A DNA stretch of 64,000 bases from Deltaproteobacteria bacterium (GTDB taxonomy: Bacteria > Myxococcota > Kuafuiibacteriia > Kuafuiibacteriales > Kuafuiibacteriaceae), in the NCBI GenBank assembly GCA_040218735.1, contig JAVJQW010000033.1, positions 1-64,000 of the forward strand, in the 5' to 3' direction. Under the pieces are notes generated by a model that did no database searches, was not told the origin of the DNA, and saw nothing but the letters and a program-made list of their open reading frames with translations. A program made the translations under genes and the position numbers. Shown piece after piece: positions 57,740 to 64,000 of the stretch. How positions within the stretch are numbered: the stretch's first letter is position 1; every line of letters starts with the position of its first letter.

Positions 57740-58425
57740 ATCTCTTCGAACGAACACGGTTGCTCTTCTCTCCTCACGCACGCGCGGAGCGGTTGATCGA
57801 TGATCACCTCGACGCCGCGCGCGGCGAGGCTTCGCTGCCGCCGTCGGATCAGGCGTGGTTGGAGCAGCACCTCGAGGGTTGTGTGTCCTGTCGCGCCGTT
57901 CGCGACGAGCGCCACGCGCTCCTAGAGGCGATGCGCGCCGCGCCGACCGAGCGTGCGCCTACCGGCTTCGCGGGCCGCGTGCTGATGGCCGCGAAGGCGC
58001 GGGCGGATGTGGAGCCGGAGGTCGTGGTTCCGGAGCGTCGCTTCGGGCTCGGCGGCGTCGCTGCGTTGGCGATGGTCGCGGGACTTTTTGTATTCGCCGC
58101 GATCATCCCCACCGGGAAGGACGGCGGCGGTGGCGTGCAGGTCAGCGGTCACGCGACCGAGCTTCAGGACCGGCCGCACTTCGTCGTGCGCGCGCCGGGG
58201 GTCGGGGCCGCGAAGGTCCGCGCGCAGATCACTTCGATCGTCACGGCGCACGAAGGAACGCTGGAGGCGGCTGGAGACGACGTCCTGGTGCGCATCCCAC
58301 GCGCCGAGTTGATCGGTGCGATGCAGGACCTCGCGCAGCGCGGTCGCTTCAAGGTCAGCAAGGCCGACGCGGGGGAGATCGGCCCCGGCGTCGAGACGAT
58401 CGTCATACGCTTCGAGCTCGACTGA
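57736..58425 (+). CDS. Zinc-finger (ZAS) transmembrane anti-sigma factor
   Basis: HLEGCVSC (HxxxCxxC), one TM helix, ATGA overlap. Confidence 0.88.
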   Translation: MNLFERTRLLFSPHARAERLIDDHLDAARGEASLPPSDQAWLEQHLEGCVSCRAVRDERHALLEAMRAAPTERAPTGFAGRVLMAAKARADVEPEVVVPERRFGLGGVAALAMVAGLFVFAAIIPTGKDGGGGVQVSGHATELQDRPHFVVRAPGVGAAKVRAQITSIVTAHEGTLEAAGDDVLVRIPRAELIGAMQDLAQRGRFKVSKADAGEIGPGVETIVIRFELD

Positions 58426-58513
58426 ATCGGTCGGGCAGCTTCAGCTGACATCGGCGCTCCGCTCTCTCGGATCGCCTATACTGGTTCTGCGGCGTTCGCG
58501 CCGTTCGAGGACC

Positions 58514-60940
58514 ATGAGCACCCGTCGCCTCCCGCCTTCCCACGCGCCGGCCCACGGGCGGCGGCGTCAGGAGGGCGGCACCACGGTGCCCGGTGGTCCG
58601 GGTGCGGCGGACGGGACGGCTCCGGGGCGTCGGGTCGGACAGCAGGGGCGCACCGCCGAGGTCACCAAGGGCCTCGCGGAGACCGACTCTTCCGCAGAGG
58701 ACCGCGCGAAGAAGCGGCGTCGCACCGAGGAGGAGCACCGACTGTTCGTCGCCGAGCGGCGTGAGGTGCACACCCGATCGCGGCGGCGTGTGCTCCGCTC
58801 CGTCGAGACACACCTCGACGATCGGCGCACCGATACCCGCGAGACCGGCGACCGCAAGACCTTCGAGTCGCGGGCGCCCGACCGACCGATGTCGAGGTCC
58901 GACGCCGTGCAGCGCGCGGCGGGCGCGTTCGAGCGGTGCGCCGGGTACATGAGTCGCGGGCTCGCTTCGGAGGCATCGTTCACGTTCCGCTCCGAGGCGA
59001 TGCAAGCGCGCAGCGCGGCGTCGGCGATGGGGCCGCGCACGACGGAGGGTCGGACGCTCGAGGCGATGGCGGCGAACATGGAGCTTCGTGCGGACGCCCT
59101 CCGGGCGATGCCGCCGGGGCACGCGCGGAAGCTCGCGCACTCGATGGATCGACTCGCGTCCGGGACGCAGGCGCGCGCGGAGCGGACGCCGGGCTTCGAC
59201 GGACGGCTGCTCGCGTCCGTGGCGATGGACACCGCCGCGCTCGCGGCGCTGCTGGAGATCGGCGCGGACAACTGCGAGGCGTTCCTGTCGAAGGGGCTCC
59301 TCCGTGCGTTGATGCGCCTGGCCGACAAGGGCGTCGACCTGATGAAGGGTCGGCACGTCCCGCAGCTCGACGGGGCGTCGGATCCGAAGGCGGAGGGTCG
59401 GGATCTGCAGAAACTCGTCGGGCGCGTCGGCCGGGGGATCGAGGACGCGCGGATACCGCTGCACCGACTCGGCGCTCCAACGGTGGACGGACCAGTGCCC
59501 GGCGCGGACCTTCGCGCGCTCGCGGAGCACCCGCTGCTGAAGGATCTGTGGCCGGCGCTCGTCGCGCTGTCGGGTGCGTTGGCCCAGGGGGATCCGCGCA
59601 ACGTTCAGCGCGCGCGCGGCGCGCTGCTGGACGGTCTGCGGCAGCACCCGCAGCTCGGCGTCGCGAAGAACCACCTCGGACTGTCGCTGCCCGCGAACCC
59701 GAAGGGCGTGAGTGATCGCGTCGCGTCCGAGCAGATGCTCCCGACGCTGCTGCTGAACGGGATGCTGAGAGGTCAGGTCGCGAACATCCTCGCGCCCGAC
59801 AACACCAACCCCATGTGGCAGTGGATGAAGAACGCCGCGGCGCCGCCGCCGCAGGGGGTGGATCTCACCGCGAGCGAGCAGATGATTTCGGATCTGTGGA
59901 ACCACGGCACGACGGCGTGGCCCGCGCAGGCGCTCGGCCGGAGCGAACACATGCTGCAAGCGAGCTACGGGTGGCTCCGCACGGCGGGGCAGGTGAGCCA
60001 GTCGATTCAGTCGCTCACCACGAGCGGCGTGCAGGCCCACGTCACCGCGTCCGACAAAAACGCGCTCACGAGCCTCCCGCCGATCGGCGCGCACGAGAAG
60101 GCGGTGCTCGTGGACAAGAACGGCGTCGTGCTCGTGCGTAGCGAGGACGGCCCGCGCTTTCACCAGGGGCACCTCGTCGACGCGTCGGGGGAGCGGCACT
60201 ACTTCGATACGCATCCGCTGCAAGCTGGGTTGCAGCGCGTGGAGTACACGAGCGCGTCGAACGCGACGAACCGGACGAACCGCGTGGAGCTGGAGGTCGC
60301 GGGGGACCGCGCGCAGCTCCTCGAACGCGAGGCGGCGCAGCGGAGTGTCTTCGTCGGCCCCGGCGTGGTGGGCGGTGAGCTCGAAGGTGTCGAGGCGGCC
60401 GAGGACGACGACGCCGCGCCGACCGTGAAACACCGGACTTGGTCGACGCAGGACGGGGAGTACGAGGACATCGCGGCTGTCGCGATCTTCAACGCGACAC
60501 CCACGGCCACGGGCTTCCGCGGGGTGACGACGCGCCACGCTGCGCGGCTCGCGGCGGACGCGATCGATCGCATCAACGCAGGCCTCCCGCGAGACCTGCG
60601 GCAACCCCATCTGTACCTCGAGTCTGCGTCCGACGCTGCGGTGCGACTCGCCGAGCTCGGCCACGATCACAGCGACGTGTTCCAGGAGCACGTTCGTGTG
60701 TCGCTCCTCGGCATCGACTGCAACCCGTCCGCTTCGGCGCTGCTCGTGCTCTTCGCGACCGACGCCGAAGGCGAGGCGCGCGCCGAAGGGATCCTCGACG
60801 AGCTCGACGGCCGTGCCGACGTCGTGGCCGGAGGCACCTGCGCGCCGTACGTGATGGGCGACGATCACCTGCGCGACGAGCGGCTGATGGTGGATGGTGT
60901 GCTGCTCGTGCAGCGGCCGGGCGCGGCGATCATCTCCTAG
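58514..60940 (+). CDS. Large hypothetical protein
   Basis: 808-aa ORF with genome-like codon usage, GAGG RBS and TATACT upstream; no recognisable family. Confidence 0.7.
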   Translation: MSTRRLPPSHAPAHGRRRQEGGTTVPGGPGAADGTAPGRRVGQQGRTAEVTKGLAETDSSAEDRAKKRRRTEEEHRLFVAERREVHTRSRRRVLRSVETHLDDRRTDTRETGDRKTFESRAPDRPMSRSDAVQRAAGAFERCAGYMSRGLASEASFTFRSEAMQARSAASAMGPRTTEGRTLEAMAANMELRADALRAMPPGHARKLAHSMDRLASGTQARAERTPGFDGRLLASVAMDTAALAALLEIGADNCEAFLSKGLLRALMRLADKGVDLMKGRHVPQLDGASDPKAEGRDLQKLVGRVGRGIEDARIPLHRLGAPTVDGPVPGADLRALAEHPLLKDLWPALVALSGALAQGDPRNVQRARGALLDGLRQHPQLGVAKNHLGLSLPANPKGVSDRVASEQMLPTLLLNGMLRGQVANILAPDNTNPMWQWMKNAAAPPPQGVDLTASEQMISDLWNHGTTAWPAQALGRSEHMLQASYGWLRTAGQVSQSIQSLTTSGVQAHVTASDKNALTSLPPIGAHEKAVLVDKNGVVLVRSEDGPRFHQGHLVDASGERHYFDTHPLQAGLQRVEYTSASNATNRTNRVELEVAGDRAQLLEREAAQRSVFVGPGVVGGELEGVEAAEDDDAAPTVKHRTWSTQDGEYEDIAAVAIFNATPTATGFRGVTTRHAARLAADAIDRINAGLPRDLRQPHLYLESASDAAVRLAELGHDHSDVFQEHVRVSLLGIDCNPSASALLVLFATDAEGEARAEGILDELDGRADVVAGGTCAPYVMGDDHLRDERLMVDGVLLVQRPGAAIIS

Positions 60941-60949
60941 GGAGTCACG

Positions 60950-61714
60950 GTGAGCACGAACTGCGCGCGGTACGATCGAATCGGCTTCGGCTACAGTCGT
61001 TTCCGGCGCGAGGACCCGCGACTCGCGGCGCGGATCCACGCGGCGCTCGGTGATGCACGAACCGTGGTGAACGTGGGCGCGGGCGCGGGGTCCTACGAGC
61101 CGAGGGATCGCCACGTGGTGGCGATCGAACCGAGTGACGTCATGGCGGCGCAGCGTCCTCGAGAGTTGCCGCCGGCGATCCGCGCGTTCGCCGCGGACCT
61201 ACCGCTGTACGACGACGGCGTCGACGCCGCGATGTCCGTGCTCAGCCTCCATCACTGGGACGAGGCGCAGGAGTTGGGCGTCCGCGAGCTGAGGCGCGTC
61301 GCAAAGGGCAACGTGGTGATCGTGACCTACGACGTCGAGGTCGGCGCCCAGATGTGGCTCCACGCCGACTACTTCCCGGAGCTCGTCGCGCTCGACCAAG
61401 CGACGTTCCCCGCTCCGAAGAAGATCGCCGAGTGGCTCGGTGGCGCACGCATCGAGACCGTGCTCATCCCGTCGGATTGCTCGGACTGGATGTTGGGCGC
61501 GTGGTGGGCGCACCCCGAGCGCGTCCTCGACGCCGACGCGCGCGCCGCGACGTCCGGCTTCGCGCGCCAGCCGGTGGAGGTCGTGGAGCGAGTGGTGCGC
61601 GATGTCCGCCGAGATCTCGAGGACGGGACGTGGGACGAGCGCCACGGGCACCTCAGATCGCTCGACGCCTACGACGCCGGGCTCAGGATCATCGTCGGCG
61701 AAGCGACGCGCTGA
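60950..61714 (+). CDS. Class I SAM-dependent methyltransferase (type 11)
   Basis: YDRIG, VVNVGAGAGSYE, DAAMSVLSLHHW. Confidence 0.92.
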   Translation: MSTNCARYDRIGFGYSRFRREDPRLAARIHAALGDARTVVNVGAGAGSYEPRDRHVVAIEPSDVMAAQRPRELPPAIRAFAADLPLYDDGVDAAMSVLSLHHWDEAQELGVRELRRVAKGNVVIVTYDVEVGAQMWLHADYFPELVALDQATFPAPKKIAEWLGGARIETVLIPSDCSDWMLGAWWAHPERVLDADARAATSGFARQPVEVVERVVRDVRRDLEDGTWDERHGHLRSLDAYDAGLRIIVGEATR

Positions 61715-61718
61715 AGGC

Positions 61719-63521
61719 TCAGCCGCCGAGCGCGGCGAACACGGCGGCGCCGATCGCGGCGCCGGCACCGAGCCCGAGGACCAGCCCGAGCCAGAAGCCG
61801 TTCGACTTGGCGGGCGGGGCGTGCACGACGGGCACGGGCGTCGCCGGTCGCGGTCTCGTCTCGACGACCGGCGGGGTCTCCGGCTTCGCTTCGGCGATGG
61901 GCTTCGCTTCGGCGACGGGCTCGGCCTCGGTGACGGGCTTCGCTTCGACGACCGGCTTCGCCTCGGCGACCTTGGCCTCGGCGACCGGTTCGGGCTCGCG
62001 TCGATCCTCGACCGGCTGCGGCGCGGGCTCCGGCTTCACCTCGACGGGCGCAGCCTCCGGCTTCGCTTCGACCGGCGCCTCGACCACGACGCCGTCGTCG
62101 GCGCGGAGCTTCGGAGCGCTGCTGGCGTCGGCGGTCGCGGCCTCGGAGGGCTCCGCCTCCGGCTTGGCCGGGAACGTCGGCAGCGCGGCTTTCTCCTTCG
62201 GCGGCGGGAGGCGCGACGGCGGGCCGGCTTCGAACAGCGGCGACGGCTCACGCACCAGCGGGTTGTGACCGTAGGCGGCGTCGGCGCGGCGGAGGATCTC
62301 CGCTTCGCTGTTCGCGTCCCAGAGGAAGTCCGGCAGAGGGGTCTCGGCCGCGAAGGGGTCCATGTCCTCGAGGTCCGACAGCTCCGTCTGGAGGTCCGCC
62401 GGCACCGAGAACAGATCCACGCTCTGCTCGTCGCCGAGGAGGCGGTCGAGCTCGAGGAGCGTTTCGTCGAGGTCCTGCGGGACGACGCCGAGGTCGCCGC
62501 CGCCCATCGTGATCGCCTGCTCGAGCGTCGGATCGATCTCCGGCACGTCCGGGTCGTTCTTGAAGTAGTGGCGGACCTGGTAGCCGAGCGTCGCCGCGGG
62601 CAGCGGACCGCCGCGCTTCGACAGCTCGTTGAGGACGTCCGCCGCCATCGACTCCGCGGTGCGGTAGCGCTCGCCCGGGTCCTTCTTGAGGCAGCGGTCG
62701 AGGATGCGCGCGATGCCGTCGCCGTACTGACGCAGCTCCTCGTGGAAGTTCGGCAGCTCGTTGCGCGCGACGGCGCCGAGCGTCTCCTTCACGCTGGGGC
62801 GCGCGAACAGCGCGCGGCCGGTGAGCAGCTCGTAGAGCACGACGCCGACGCCGTAGATGTCGGCCGTGTTGTTCACGCGTTTGCCGGCGAGCACCTCGGG
62901 CGCGACGTAACGCGGCTTGCCCTTCAGTACGCCCTTGCGCAGACCGCCGTCACGCGAAGTGACGTAGCTGATCCCGAAGTCGGTGATTTTCACCTCGCCG
63001 AAGAACGACACCAGCACGTTGCTCGGCGTCATGTCCTGGTGGACGACACCCAGCGCGCGCCCTTCGTTGTCCTTGAGGCGGTGCACGAACGCGAGCCCGC
63101 GCAGCACCTCGGAGATCGTCGAGAGTGCGAACTGCCCCGACAGCTCTTCGCCGTGCTGCGACGCCGCGCGCACGACCTGGTCGAGGTTGCGCCCGCGGAT
63201 GTACTCCATCGCGAGGTACGGGATGCCGTCGATCACCGGCTGGTCGAACACCTTGACGACGTTCGGGTGCTCCATGCGCGACATCACTTCCTGTTCGACG
63301 TCGAACATCTGGATGTGATCTTCGCGCTCGGCGTCGGCGCGCAGTCGCTTGAGGACGACGAGCTTCTCGAACCCCTTCGTCCCCTTCACTCGGGCCAGGG
63401 CGATCTCACCCATGCCCCCGCGGTTGACGACGCGCAGGACCTCGTATTTTCCGCGCGCTTCGTCGCGTGGGCTCATCAGGGTGTCCATGTCGGCGCCCGA
63501 GTCCTTCTTGTTCCCTATCAT
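61719..63521 (-). CDS. Ser/Thr protein kinase with repeat linker and C-terminal TM
   Basis: RGGMGEI, VVLKR, HQDMTPSN, DFG, KGKPRYVAPE; EAKPV/EAEPV repeats. Confidence 0.93.
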   Translation of the reverse strand: MIGNKKDSGADMDTLMSPRDEARGKYEVLRVVNRGGMGEIALARVKGTKGFEKLVVLKRLRADAEREDHIQMFDVEQEVMSRMEHPNVVKVFDQPVIDGIPYLAMEYIRGRNLDQVVRAASQHGEELSGQFALSTISEVLRGLAFVHRLKDNEGRALGVVHQDMTPSNVLVSFFGEVKITDFGISYVTSRDGGLRKGVLKGKPRYVAPEVLAGKRVNNTADIYGVGVVLYELLTGRALFARPSVKETLGAVARNELPNFHEELRQYGDGIARILDRCLKKDPGERYRTAESMAADVLNELSKRGGPLPAATLGYQVRHYFKNDPDVPEIDPTLEQAITMGGGDLGVVPQDLDETLLELDRLLGDEQSVDLFSVPADLQTELSDLEDMDPFAAETPLPDFLWDANSEAEILRRADAAYGHNPLVREPSPLFEAGPPSRLPPPKEKAALPTFPAKPEAEPSEAATADASSAPKLRADDGVVVEAPVEAKPEAAPVEVKPEPAPQPVEDRREPEPVAEAKVAEAKPVVEAKPVTEAEPVAEAKPIAEAKPETPPVVETRPRPATPVPVVHAPPAKSNGFWLGLVLGLGAGAAIGAAVFAALGG

Positions 63522-63653
63522 GGCGCCGTCACGTATGGCGGAAAAGAACGCCGCGCTCGGGCCGCGCCGCCGTGCTGATTTCGCCTTCTCCGCTTCTCGT
63601 CCCACTGCTGTGTCGCCTCCATCTCCGGAGTTCGGCGCGCGCAGTGAACGGCA

Positions 63654-64000
63654 TCAGTCACCGTCCCAATTCGAGTCGCTCTTCGACAGGCGCCTCGACA
63701 CCCACATCGCAGTATCTGTGGAGAACCCCCGGCGCTCGAGTTTCCGCGCCGCTTTGCGCGGATCCGTTTCGCGCCCCACGTAACAGAGCGCCGCCGCGTG
63801 CTCGTCCCATCCCGCGAACGCTTCCTTCACCGCCGCGCGGACGACGTGCCGATCGAGGCCGCGCTGCTCGAGCTTCTTCTCCGCCCACGCCGGGGTCGTA
63901 TCGGGTCGCCCCGCGATTTCTTTGGCGTGGCGCAACGCGATCGCTTCGTCGTCCTCCATCAGGTGAAGCGATCGGGCCTTCTCGATCGTCTCGTCGATCT
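63654..64000 (-). CDS. recX: RecX regulatory protein (5' end outside window)
   Basis: LMEDDEAIA, KKLEQRGL, KAARKLERRGFS three-helix repeats. Confidence 0.8.
   Translation of the reverse strand, partial: IDETIEKARSLHLMEDDEAIALRHAKEIAGRPDTTPAWAEKKLEQRGLDRHVVRAAVKEAFAGWDEHAAALCYVGRETDPRKAARKLERRGFSTDTAMWVSRRLSKSDSNWDGD

Overview
A 64 kb window from a very GC-rich bacterium. Gene content (Ser/Thr kinases, FHA proteins, Tgl-like TPR lipoprotein, OmcA/MtrC cytochrome) suggests Myxococcota or a related deltaproteobacterium; this is inference only. From left to right it contains: a truncated HNH-family gene; an exported protein; class II ribonucleotide reductase nrdJ with a clear sigma70 promoter, tandem NrdR boxes and DnaA-box-like repeats; envelope genes; a VWD/thrombospondin-like lipoprotein behind an ECF sigma plus Ser/Thr kinase pair; GST/LysR and pirin/LysR pairs; a tungsten AOR plus MoaD; an ectoine-type catabolic cluster; pepA; a CPA-PTS EIIA fusion; a polysaccharide locus interrupted by a TIR-FGE pseudogene and a second HNH gene; sulP; a seven-gene porin/multiheme cytochrome operon with about 65 heme motifs; an ECF/anti-sigma pair; an orphan; a methyltransferase; a kinase; and partial recX. 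Two candidates stand out. (1) A repeated HNH element whose two copies share a gap-free 183-nt upstream block (122/183 identical by hand count) ending in an extended -10 promoter, a candidate RNA-associated or mobile nuclease system. (2) A non-MtrAB porin-cytochrome conduit that includes a 25-heme lipoprotein. All counts and alignments were done by eye and no database searches were run.
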